Shown: positions 53,006 to 62,238, counted from the stretch's first letter. The stretch: DNA of 64,000 nucleotides from a bacterium (GCA_013824265.1 PNNO01000001.1:41051-105050), one strand, 5' to 3'. The notes: a model not told the origin generated them from the sequence alone. Program-made: numbers and translations.

Positions 53006-55120
53006 ATGTCTAACGAAACAAGAAACCAAGCTACAGAGGTAGCTGACCTTATAAATAGAGACCTTGCGGGAGATATTTCCGAAGGAAGAGACATTCTTGA
53101 AAAACAGGGAGAACTTCGTGAAAAGATAAATTCAAGCAACCTTCTAAGCGAGTCGGACAAAGACGTTTGGAATAGAAAACTTGAGAGCGCACAAAGCAAC
53201 CTTTCAGAAAGCAATATACGCTCTTTAAATGAAGAGTTTACAAAAGAGCAAAAGGAAATAAAGAGGATGGTTGATACGTATACGCGCAAAGTACTCGATA
53301 GCAAAGAGGAAGCTTTTGCCGTAGATTCTACAAGAGGAATAGATACGGCAACGGACTATTTAAAATGGTTCGAAACTCTTTCCTATAGCGACAAACAAAA
53401 TGCTTTAAACAAACTTGATTCTGAAATTGATGAAAGAAAAGAACTTAGAAATAAACTTCTAAAAAGATTCGACAGGAAAGATGTCGTTAAAATGCGTCGA
53501 AGTGAGATGAAGGATAAGTTAAAAGAACTTGAATTCATTGAAGAAAATGTGGCTCATTATAAATCTCTGCTTCAAAAAGACGCGGTTTTGTTTCATGACA
53601 TAAATCTTTATCTTGAAGCTTTTGAAGACTTAACACCAAGAGAACAGAGTGAATGGATTCGTAAATATGAAACTGAAATAGCGACGCCAAGAAGAGAACT
53701 TGTTGAGAAACACGACGAGTTACCTGCGCGTTTTAGAAGTTCAAATTTCCTTAAAATGCCAAGCAGAAAAAAACAGGAATATCTTGATATGGTAGAAGAT
53801 AAAATTGAAAAGGAATATATGTCCCAGATAAAAAAAATACCCGAGGATATCTGGTCTGAAGATTCAAAAAGGTTCGCAATCGATGACTTTATGAAATTGG
53901 ATACAGTTATAAAGAAAGCTCAATGGCTTGAGTTTCTTCCAAAAGCAATTAAGGCGGAAGAAAAGCTATCCGGAAAATACAAAGAATCAAAATTCAGCGA
54001 AGTAAGAGAAATGTCCGAATACTCAACAAGGAATTGGGAAAGAGCTCGTTTTGAACAAAAAGAACAAATGTTAAAAGCTATGGAAGCGGAAGTTATGCTA
54101 CTTGATACTTTTAAATCCATACTTGATAAATCCGTGAAAGATAAGGTTATAAGCGAAAAAACAAGAGACCGCTATTTGGAAATGTATAATGACGGTACTT
54201 TGAGTGAAAGAAGAATCGAAGTGAAAAGTATTATGATAGCTTTAAGTCCGCGAAGATCGTTATTACGCGATTTTGAGAAATTAACACCGGAGACAAGAAA
54301 GAAATTTGAAGACTTTTATGAAAGAGGTCACAAGGCAAGACTTGAAATATATAAAAGCGCAAAAACTTTCGAATCCGAGGAGGTGTCAGATGAAAAAGAT
54401 TTAAAAGATAAAAATAATCCTGAATCACTTGAGCAAAGTGAAGTGATGCAGATAGTTAAAAAACTTCAAACACAAGCTGAAAATAACGAGCAGATAGGCA
54501 ATCTTGAAAAAGCACTTGGCTTGCACGAAGCGGTACTTGCGATGCATCCGGAAAACGAACTAAGCAAGAAAAAAGTGGATCAATTAACTATGGAGCTTGA
54601 TGCTTTGGAGACAGCTTCTGACAAAACTGTTCTTGATGCAGTTGCAAAACATGTCGGGGGAAGTAGCAGTGCGCAAAGAGAAATCAAATATATAAAGTTA
54701 TCACAGGAAATTATAGAAGATAAAGAAGATGTAATCGCTCACTCACACGGAAATGAGCGTCTTGGCAAACAACATACCCATTTGGAAGGAGATTCTTTTG
54801 AAAGCGAAGTCTATGAAGAACTTGTTGCACAATCCGGAGGACAAAAAGTTATAGACGATGAATGGGAAGCAAAAAGGGTTCAAAAAATTGATGTTGGGAA
54901 ACTTGGAACGGGTTCAAACGATGCCACGCAAGTTGAAAAAGATTTAAAGATACTATCAAGTCAGGAAAATCTTGATAACGCACAGCTTTACGATTCCGAT
55001 ACAGGTAAAATTCTAACATTGCATGAAGCAAAACTAAGACTCGCAAAAAGAGAAGAACGTTTTGCTAAAAAAATAGGTAGTGACGTAACAGGTTCTATGG
55101 ACAGGAAAATGGCCGCATAA
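53006..55120 (+). CDS. Hypothetical highly charged helical-repeat (coiled-coil-like) cytoplasmic protein
   Basis: The protein is about 700 aa and Lys/Glu/Asp-rich, with no signal peptide or TM helix. A loosely repeated helical unit recurs at least six times. I recognise no family. I chose the ATG at 53006; the TTG at 52997 is also possible. Confidence 0.55.
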   Translation: MSNETRNQATEVADLINRDLAGDISEGRDILEKQGELREKINSSNLLSESDKDVWNRKLESAQSNLSESNIRSLNEEFTKEQKEIKRMVDTYTRKVLDSKEEAFAVDSTRGIDTATDYLKWFETLSYSDKQNALNKLDSEIDERKELRNKLLKRFDRKDVVKMRRSEMKDKLKELEFIEENVAHYKSLLQKDAVLFHDINLYLEAFEDLTPREQSEWIRKYETEIATPRRELVEKHDELPARFRSSNFLKMPSRKKQEYLDMVEDKIEKEYMSQIKKIPEDIWSEDSKRFAIDDFMKLDTVIKKAQWLEFLPKAIKAEEKLSGKYKESKFSEVREMSEYSTRNWERARFEQKEQMLKAMEAEVMLLDTFKSILDKSVKDKVISEKTRDRYLEMYNDGTLSERRIEVKSIMIALSPRRSLLRDFEKLTPETRKKFEDFYERGHKARLEIYKSAKTFESEEVSDEKDLKDKNNPESLEQSEVMQIVKKLQTQAENNEQIGNLEKALGLHEAVLAMHPENELSKKKVDQLTMELDALETASDKTVLDAVAKHVGGSSSAQREIKYIKLSQEIIEDKEDVIAHSHGNERLGKQHTHLEGDSFESEVYEELVAQSGGQKVIDDEWEAKRVQKIDVGKLGTGSNDATQVEKDLKILSSQENLDNAQLYDSDTGKILTLHEAKLRLAKREERFAKKIGSDVTGSMDRKMAA

Positions 55121-55171
55121 GCTGGCAAATTAGCCTGTTTTATGCTAGAATTGTCTGAAGATCACTAATAA

Positions 55172-55702
55172 ATGTTAATGGAGATACTGCTTGTTCTAAT
55201 ACTTATTTTTACGCTGCTGTTTATTGCAACGGCGCTTGTTAGCCTTATTTTACGCGTACCTTATGTCCCTACGAAAAAACGCGTAATGCTGGAAATAATA
55301 AAACAATCTGGGCTTAAAGAAGGCCAGACATTCCTGGATCTTGGTTGTGGTGACGGAAGAATGCTTATTGAGGCCGAAAAATCTACAAAAGTTAATGCAA
55401 TAGGTTACGAGATTGCTCCGCTCGTTTATATTCTTGCGATTGTAAGAAAAATCTTAACCGGATCAAAGGCGAAGATAAAATTTAAAAACTTCTTTAATGA
55501 AAATCTAGAGAAAGCTGATGTTATTTTTTGTTATCTAATGCCTGCGGAACTTGAGAAGCTGGCCAAAAAAATAAAGAGTGAATGCAAAAAAGGCACACGC
55601 GTGATAAGCAACACATTTCATATTCAAGGGCTGGAACCTTTTAAAGTAATACAAAAAAATGAAAAAACAAAAATCCCAACGCTCTATTTCTACGAAGTAT
55701 AA
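55172..55702 (+). CDS. TM-anchored class I SAM-dependent methyltransferase, aKMT/FAM173-like (putative protein lysine methyltransferase), paralog 1
   Basis: The protein has an N-terminal TM helix. The following sequence is VPYVPTKKRVMLEIIKQSGLKEGQTFLDLGCGDGRMLIEA ... GTRVISNTFHIQGLEP ... LYFYEV. This is collinear with the crenarchaeal aKMT sequence as I recall it. Confidence 0.65.
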   Translation: MLMEILLVLILIFTLLFIATALVSLILRVPYVPTKKRVMLEIIKQSGLKEGQTFLDLGCGDGRMLIEAEKSTKVNAIGYEIAPLVYILAIVRKILTGSKAKIKFKNFFNENLEKADVIFCYLMPAELEKLAKKIKSECKKGTRVISNTFHIQGLEPFKVIQKNEKTKIPTLYFYEV

Positions 55703-56312
55703 AAACGTGGCAGACTTTTTGGCCTTCATTGGCATGAGTGTAATAGTTTTGAGTGTTGTTTATATTACAACGCCAAAAACTGCGGATCCGCTTACAATAG
55801 TGCTTTTTATATTACTAATTATCCCAACGATTATAGCGCTTGTTTCAGGCGCTCCGTTTGTTCCAACCCCAATGCATATTGGCAGAAAAATGCTGGAAAT
55901 CGGAAAAATAAAACAAGGAGAAAAAGTAGTTGATATAGGGTGCGGAGACGGAAGACTTGTGTACATGGCAGCAAATGAATTTGGAGCAAAAGCAATTGGC
56001 TACGAGCTATCCCCCGTTGTTTATGCAATAGCCAAAGTAAGACAACTTTTATGGCGGTCCAAGGCTAAAATTAAGTTCGGAGATTTTAGAATGCACAATC
56101 TCAGTGATGTTGACTGCATAGTTACATACATGCTTCCAGACACCTTGAAGAAATTCATTCCAAAATTTGAAAGAGAACTTAAATCCGGATCAAAAATAAT
56201 CTCATACGCTTTTAAAATAGGAGATTGGCAACCTATTCATGTTGAACCTTCATCGGCGGAGGAAAACAGGTCTAAAATATTTGTATACGAAATAGGCAAG
56301 CAAGCAAATTAA
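55659..56312 (+). CDS. TM-anchored class I SAM-dependent methyltransferase, aKMT/FAM173-like, paralog 2
   Basis: The product contains APFVPTPMHIGRKMLEIGKIKQGEKVVDIGCGDGRLVYMAA ... GSKIISYAFKIGDWQP ... IFVYEI. The start is uncertain: the ATG at 55659 overlaps paralog 1 by 44 nt, and the ATG at 55734 is the alternative. Confidence 0.65.
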   Translation: MKKQKSQRSISTKYKNVADFLAFIGMSVIVLSVVYITTPKTADPLTIVLFILLIIPTIIALVSGAPFVPTPMHIGRKMLEIGKIKQGEKVVDIGCGDGRLVYMAANEFGAKAIGYELSPVVYAIAKVRQLLWRSKAKIKFGDFRMHNLSDVDCIVTYMLPDTLKKFIPKFERELKSGSKIISYAFKIGDWQPIHVEPSSAEENRSKIFVYEIGKQAN

Positions 56313-57710
56313 GTAGTAAGCTACCGCCCAATAGTGATTAAACCACTCAACTTCATATGCAGCCATAGGTAAGCCCGCGAGCAGCTTTGTTATAAATATG
56401 GCAACTTGAAGCATAAGCCACGCAGGCATTGCAAAAACAAAACCCAGATTAAAAGAGATAGCGCTTAAAATGGCCGCAATAAAACCAAAAAACATTGCGA
56501 ACGGAATAAAAGGCACAATTAAAATATTCGCGACCGGAGAAATTAAAGAGAACCTTCCAAAGTTGGATAAAATTACAGGAAGAGCAAATATTTGAGCGCT
56601 AAGCGTCATTGCACAAGCTTCTCTTATACCAAATTTTTCAGGCAGAAATTTAACAAAAGAAATTATTTTATTCCCAACCAGTATAAGTCCGAGTGTCGCT
56701 AAAAAAGAAAGCTGAAAGCCAACATCGTAAAGAAGCGTCATTGGATTCCAAAGAACCATAACAAATGCGGAAATCAAAAGCGCATTTATAACTTTGGACT
56801 GCCTGCCAAACCAAAGTGCCATAACCGAAACAATACCCATAATTGAAGCCCTTACCACAGCCGCGGAAGCCCCCACGAAGATTGTAAATAAGATTATAAA
56901 AAGTATTACAAAAGGAACCTTAACTTTCCTTGAACTGGACTTAAAAAGCGAAGAAATCAAAATAATTATAAGTGATATATTGTAGCCGGAAATGGCTATT
57001 ATATGCGTAAGCCCGGTTATGTTAAAAGCCTCAAGAAGTTCATCCGGAATCCCCTTTCGAGAACCTGTTAAAAGGCCTGCTTCAAAGCTTGCGGAAGGTT
57101 CCGGAAACAACCTGTTTAACTGAAATTCAAACGAATCCTTAAAAGAAAACAATAAACCTTTAAATTTAAAACCCGAATCTTTTAGCCCGCCAATATATGG
57201 ATTTTGCATTATTGAGTATACCGAAGAAAGAGATAGATAATTTCTGTAGGAAAAACCCTCAAACTCCGGAGGTTCAACCAGCATTCCACTGACCTCAACC
57301 TGCTCACCGTAATCAAATTCAGGATACAAAGGATAAGGAACAAGCACCCTTCCATGCACCTTCTTCCATTCACCGCCTATGGAAATATCACTTACATCAA
57401 TTACGTAATTAACCTTTTCACGTCGCCTGTCCGGATCTAAAACTATAACGCCATGCACTTTGATATTTTCTTTTTCATTTCTGTAATAATGGATCGATTC
57501 GCCATCTATAACCGGCAAAGAAATCCAATATCTTGCCATTCCAAAGGCAAAAAACAAAATACAAATCGAAATAATTTTGAATTTTCTAATTATTATAAGT
57601 CCCCAGAAAATCAACATTCCGGAAAACAGAAAATCGGCTTTTAATGTTGGCGCAAAAGCAATCCCAACAAGGAAAGAAATACACCCGCAAATTATATAAA
57701 TACTTTTCAT
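56250..57710 (-). CDS. comEC: ComEC/Rec2 DNA internalisation channel (OB/DUF4131 + competence domain, no metallo-beta-lactamase domain)
   Basis: The protein is multi-TM with an N-terminal OB-like insert (VHGVIVLDPDRRREKVNYVIDV...HGRVLV). The competence domain signature is GLTHIIAISGYNISLI. Confidence 0.85.
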   Translation of the reverse strand: MKSIYIICGCISFLVGIAFAPTLKADFLFSGMLIFWGLIIIRKFKIISICILFFAFGMARYWISLPVIDGESIHYYRNEKENIKVHGVIVLDPDRRREKVNYVIDVSDISIGGEWKKVHGRVLVPYPLYPEFDYGEQVEVSGMLVEPPEFEGFSYRNYLSLSSVYSIMQNPYIGGLKDSGFKFKGLLFSFKDSFEFQLNRLFPEPSASFEAGLLTGSRKGIPDELLEAFNITGLTHIIAISGYNISLIIILISSLFKSSSRKVKVPFVILFIILFTIFVGASAAVVRASIMGIVSVMALWFGRQSKVINALLISAFVMVLWNPMTLLYDVGFQLSFLATLGLILVGNKIISFVKFLPEKFGIREACAMTLSAQIFALPVILSNFGRFSLISPVANILIVPFIPFAMFFGFIAAILSAISFNLGFVFAMPAWLMLQVAIFITKLLAGLPMAAYEVEWFNHYWAVAYYLICLLAYFVYKYFRPVFLRR

Positions 57711-57864
57711 GTCACAATCATACCGACACTAAATAAACCTTTTATTAAACAATTATTAAAAACTTATTTACGACCTGTTGGGAAACATTGACAACACCAC
57801 CTGCTTTACATTTTGTCAAAAATGTTGTTTTATAACATCTTTCATTAAATTGACCAAATAAAAT

Positions 57865-58593
57865 ATGTACAGCCTTATACAACTGCTAACAAAAATCGGG
57901 CTTACGGAAAAAGAAGCAAAAGCTTATCTGATAAGCCTAAAAGTTGGGACAAATCCGGCCAGCGTTATAGCAAGCAGGTCCGAGTTAAACAGATGCACCA
58001 TGTATTCCCTGTTGGAATCGCTTATTAAAAAAGGACTAATGTACGAGATAGAAAAAGATACGATAAAATATTTTACCCCAATAAGCCCAAGACAATTATT
58101 AATGTGGGTTGAAGAAAAACAACGCGACCTTTCGTACCATAAAAATGAAATATTATCACATATCTCCGAATTGGATTCTTTAAGACACCCCAATCAGGTT
58201 CTACCGGAAATAAGATCTCATTCTGGAAAACCCGGCATAAACAAGCTATATAACGACGCCATAAGTGAACCATTCTTGTTAATAAGCGCAGAGCCCATAG
58301 AAAAACCACATCAATTTTTTGGCCAATATGCATCAATGTTTTTAAACGAAAAGAAAACCATACATCTAACGATAAGAAAAAAGAATGAAGTGATCAATCT
58401 AACCTTAAAAACGCACAAAGACCTTGAATCTATACCAAATTGCAGACCTCTGGAAATAATAGGCAAATATAAGCTTTTCATTCTGGACGACGAAGATCAT
58501 TACGGCATAGAAATAAAACAAGACAGAATTATAAGTGGACATCAGGAGCAATTTCACTATCTTTGGAACATAAAAAAAGACCCCAGACCATAA
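57865..58593 (+). CDS. TrmB-family transcriptional regulator
   Basis: An N-terminal winged HTH is present (LTKIGLTEKEAKAYLISLKVGTNPASVIASRSELNRCTMYSLLESLIKKGL), typical of TrmB-like regulators. Confidence 0.7.
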   Translation: MYSLIQLLTKIGLTEKEAKAYLISLKVGTNPASVIASRSELNRCTMYSLLESLIKKGLMYEIEKDTIKYFTPISPRQLLMWVEEKQRDLSYHKNEILSHISELDSLRHPNQVLPEIRSHSGKPGINKLYNDAISEPFLLISAEPIEKPHQFFGQYASMFLNEKKTIHLTIRKKNEVINLTLKTHKDLESIPNCRPLEIIGKYKLFILDDEDHYGIEIKQDRIISGHQEQFHYLWNIKKDPRP

Positions 58594-58623
58594 AAATGGT
58601 TGGGGCCCTTTAAAATAGCAATA

Positions 58624-59625
58624 TTACTCAAGAGTTGTTGTATCCATACTCTCAAAACCTTCCATTCCTTCAACTCCTTCTAAACCTTCCAAGTCATAAT
58701 CCATCATTGCTGCGTCATCAAACTCAGTATAGTCGGTAGCTGTTGGATCTGTAACTGCTCCCCCGAACATAAGCATTGCGATATCTTCCTCCGTTAATGT
58801 CTTTTTGTAATCAGGAGTCTTAACATCGTCTGATTTTGTTGGGTTAAGCTTGTATGAAATCTCAACGTTTCCGTTCATTTCAGGATCTGTAAGTTTCATT
58901 GTTCCGCTAAATCCTGTCAAAACCATTTCGTTTACAGCAACATAAACATCTCCAGTCATTGTAGCTGCATCAAGGAAAGCCTGTGTGTCAGCCATGTCAG
59001 CAGCTTCAACCATACCAAGAAGCATTTCTTCATCGATATCAGCTGTAAAATGGTAACTCTTTACTCCAAGCATATCAGCAGTTCCCTTGTATTGAATGTT
59101 TGTGAATGGAAGGTCATCTCCTTCGCTGTAATCCATCTGTGTCATTTGACCGGATTCAAGAACTTCTGCCGGCTTAACGAAAGAAAGCATAACCCATTCA
59201 CCCATATAATCCTTAAGCATAGTATCAATAAGTCCCTGAGTAGCTTCATCGGAAACTTTTACTCCTGAAACAAGAGCGAAAACTCCGTCCTTATTTACTC
59301 GAAGTTCAATATCTCCCTTAGCACTGTCTTTATTCATGCTTCCATCAACATTCATTTTCATAGACATTTTTTCTTCATCCTGAGTTCCGGAAATACTGAA
59401 CGTTCCCTTTAGGCTGTTCTGTTCTCCATCAACCTCACCTTTTAGATCAGCAGTCATGTTCATTTCAAAAACAGACTTGGTGATCTCTCCTTGGTTAAGA
59501 AGGGCCGCCTTAATAACATCTTCAGGTGATTTACCTGATGGAAGTCCCTCTTCTCCGCATCCTGTGGCTGTCACAAAAAGTCCAGCTACAAGCCCTAGAA
59601 GAGCAACTTTAGAAAGCGCTTTCAT
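58624..59625 (-). CDS. Hypothetical acidic, Met-rich lipoprotein
   Basis: A lipobox is present (LFVTATGCG). I count about 26 Met in 333 aa. The acidic C-terminal tail reads DYDLEGLEGVEGMEGFESMD. I recognise no family. Confidence 0.55.
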   Translation of the reverse strand: MKALSKVALLGLVAGLFVTATGCGEEGLPSGKSPEDVIKAALLNQGEITKSVFEMNMTADLKGEVDGEQNSLKGTFSISGTQDEEKMSMKMNVDGSMNKDSAKGDIELRVNKDGVFALVSGVKVSDEATQGLIDTMLKDYMGEWVMLSFVKPAEVLESGQMTQMDYSEGDDLPFTNIQYKGTADMLGVKSYHFTADIDEEMLLGMVEAADMADTQAFLDAATMTGDVYVAVNEMVLTGFSGTMKLTDPEMNGNVEISYKLNPTKSDDVKTPDYKKTLTEEDIAMLMFGGAVTDPTATDYTEFDDAAMMDYDLEGLEGVEGMEGFESMDTTTLE

Positions 59626-59774
59626 ACTTGCATTTGGTTAAGAATTGAAAGTCGAGCAAATTGTAATGAAAACATAATTCAAAGTCAAAATTCTGAACTT
59701 TCCTATTCCATGCTAAAGCGGTATTATATCAAAGCGTATTTTTCACGTGTTTCTTTAAAACCAATAATACAAGT

Positions 59775-62228
59775 ATGAGAGCCAAAAAATACATTGGAGC
59801 CCTATGCGTTTTAATTTTATCATCAACAGTTTCTCAAAGCGTTTTAGCGTCAACTTTTTCAGACGTGCCATACAGCCATCCATACAGCACCTCAATATCT
59901 TTTCTGGAATCTTATGGAGTAATAAAAGGATATGAAGACGGCACTTACAGGCCGGATTCCCTAATAAATAGAGCCGAATTTTTAAAAATAGCGCTTGAAG
60001 CCACAAAAGTGGAACTCGACAATGCAACTTCAACGGGATTCACGGACGTCGACGAATCAGCCTGGTATGCCCCATATTTAAGAAAAGCAAAATCCGAAGG
60101 ATGGATTCAAGGGTATCCGGATGGGACTTTTAAACCGAATCAGGAAATAAACAAAGTTGAAGCCCTAAAGATGCTTGGTGAAATTCAAGCTTGGGACAGA
60201 CTAACCGCTCCTGAAGTTCCAGAGGCTGCATTTAAAGACACATACCGGTTCGTATGGTATTCGCCATATGTTTATTTTGCCAAAGAAAACAACCTGCTCT
60301 TTGAGGAGACCGAGTATCTGTATCCGGACCAAAAAATAAACAGAGGCTACATGGCCGAACTTGTATATAGGACGACAACAAAAAATGTAATAAATTACGA
60401 GCCAAATAAAACCGCAGAAGATAAAATTATCGAAGAGAAACAGGTTGAAACGCCATCGACATTTAAAATGATAGGAGCTGATTATTTTGATGACATAACT
60501 CTTGAAAACGACATTCCAAACGTAATGTATAAAAACGAAATATACCTTCTAAAAGGCACTTTTGACCAAGGTTTAAATGTTGATGACACATTTGCTTTCC
60601 TTTCAAAAAATAACGGAGGATCAAACGAATATAAGCATTTTTTTGGAACGGTTAATAACGGAGAATTCTTAATACCTGTGGTATTTAGAGAAGCCGGAGT
60701 TTTTAATTTGGGAATAGTTCCGGGTCTTTCCGGAGAAAGTAAAATATCCGAAATAACAGTCCTTGATGGAATCCCAAAAAGCGGCACAACAACAAACAAC
60801 GACATCCCAAAATCAATAAAGCCTTTATTTAAGAATGATACGACAAATGTTTCCTGGGAAAGCACACAAAACAATATATTTAGAATTTATTTCATACAGG
60901 ATCAAACTATGCACTCATATATAGTGAGAGGCAGAAAGACTTTGGATGCGATCTATAATGATTTTAAATTTTTCAAAGAAGGAAGCGTTAAAATAAGAGT
61001 ATACGGAGCACAGGCGGACTCACTTTATCCGGTAGCAATAAAATCAAAATGGGCTGTAAGTGCAGACACAACATTTGAGGCAATCAAACACAACTTTAGA
61101 CTTGTTTATGACGACTCGATAACCTATTCGACAATCCCGGAGATACTTTCTTCCGTGCAAAAAATATACGTATCGGGAACAACACACGAGTCAATTTTTA
61201 CCAATGGCGCGATAATAACACCATCGGGAAATGTTGATAACTTTGAGATAAAAACAGATGATGATTTATCTGAATATTATGGGAATGATGTAATAGAGGG
61301 TGGATCAAATTTTTCATTTATATACGAGCCATCCGAGACCGGAACTTACATTTTGGAAATAAACAATCTTAGTGGATCCGCTGTTGTTAATATCCCGATT
61401 TACATTGGAAATTCAATCCCGCTAATTCCTGATTTTTTTGACCTTCAAGACCCTTTTGAAAAAACCGAAAATCTTGACCTTGAGGCATCCAGAAAAGAAC
61501 TTCTGGACTATATAAACATTGAACGCCAAAATTATGAACTAACACAAATTAAAATTGTTTCACAGCTTAATACTTTGGCACAAAACCATACGAACGACAT
61601 GGTTAATAACGACTTTTTTGCGCATGTAAATCCTGACGGAGAAACACCAAACGACAGAAGAAAAAATCTTTCAATATACACGGATGTTGGAGAAAATCTG
61701 GCAATGGCACCAACCGTTTATTTTGCACATGAAGCGCTTATGAGAAGCGCGATACACAGAAAGAATATTTTAACTTCTTACTGGGATACGGTTGGAATAG
61801 GAATAACAAAAAATGACGAAGGACAGCTTGTGATAGCCGAAGAATTCTCACACGAACCATGGACTGACCAAGATCTGCAGAAATTTGAATATTATCTTTT
61901 GGATAATTTAAATGAGGGAAGAAGCTCTACTCTTCATTTGGACGCCAATCTACAAAGCGTCGCACATGATTGGTCCGAAGATATGATCACACAAAATTAT
62001 TTTTCGTTTATTTCTCCTGCTGGCGAAAATCTGATTGATGTGGTACAAGATAGTGGCGTTGCCGAAGAAGGAAGAGCCTATATATTGAAGGAAGGTTCAA
62101 TAGAATCTTTACTTGAACAACTGATTGAAGAAAGCGATGTAACGCAGGAGCAGTGGTCAAAAATAGGGTTCGGATTATCACAGGATCTTTGGAGCACTCT
62201 CTATCTAACGGTAATATTCACACAGTAA
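59775..62228 (+). CDS. Secreted SLH-domain protein with two C-terminal CAP/SCP (PR-1-like) domains
   Basis: The protein has a signal peptide and three SLH-type repeats (for example GVIKGYEDGTYRPDSLINRAEFLKIAL and WIQGYPDGTFKPNQEINKVEALKML). A beta-rich middle region follows. Two CAP-like modules come last (INIERQNYEL...LAQNHTNDMVNNDFFAHVNPDGETPNDR...GENLA; NEGRSSTL...VAHDWSEDMITQNYFSFISPAGE). Confidence 0.7.
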   Translation: MRAKKYIGALCVLILSSTVSQSVLASTFSDVPYSHPYSTSISFLESYGVIKGYEDGTYRPDSLINRAEFLKIALEATKVELDNATSTGFTDVDESAWYAPYLRKAKSEGWIQGYPDGTFKPNQEINKVEALKMLGEIQAWDRLTAPEVPEAAFKDTYRFVWYSPYVYFAKENNLLFEETEYLYPDQKINRGYMAELVYRTTTKNVINYEPNKTAEDKIIEEKQVETPSTFKMIGADYFDDITLENDIPNVMYKNEIYLLKGTFDQGLNVDDTFAFLSKNNGGSNEYKHFFGTVNNGEFLIPVVFREAGVFNLGIVPGLSGESKISEITVLDGIPKSGTTTNNDIPKSIKPLFKNDTTNVSWESTQNNIFRIYFIQDQTMHSYIVRGRKTLDAIYNDFKFFKEGSVKIRVYGAQADSLYPVAIKSKWAVSADTTFEAIKHNFRLVYDDSITYSTIPEILSSVQKIYVSGTTHESIFTNGAIITPSGNVDNFEIKTDDDLSEYYGNDVIEGGSNFSFIYEPSETGTYILEINNLSGSAVVNIPIYIGNSIPLIPDFFDLQDPFEKTENLDLEASRKELLDYINIERQNYELTQIKIVSQLNTLAQNHTNDMVNNDFFAHVNPDGETPNDRRKNLSIYTDVGENLAMAPTVYFAHEALMRSAIHRKNILTSYWDTVGIGITKNDEGQLVIAEEFSHEPWTDQDLQKFEYYLLDNLNEGRSSTLHLDANLQSVAHDWSEDMITQNYFSFISPAGENLIDVVQDSGVAEEGRAYILKEGSIESLLEQLIEESDVTQEQWSKIGFGLSQDLWSTLYLTVIFTQ

Positions 62229-62238
62229 AGTCTGCATC

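Noticed and set aside
52867-53304. A 145-aa minus-strand ORF spanning the nrdJ stop and the start of the charged repeat protein.
   Set aside because: It is antisense to two plus-strand genes. Its Ser/Leu-rich composition mirrors the Lys/Glu-rich sense strand.
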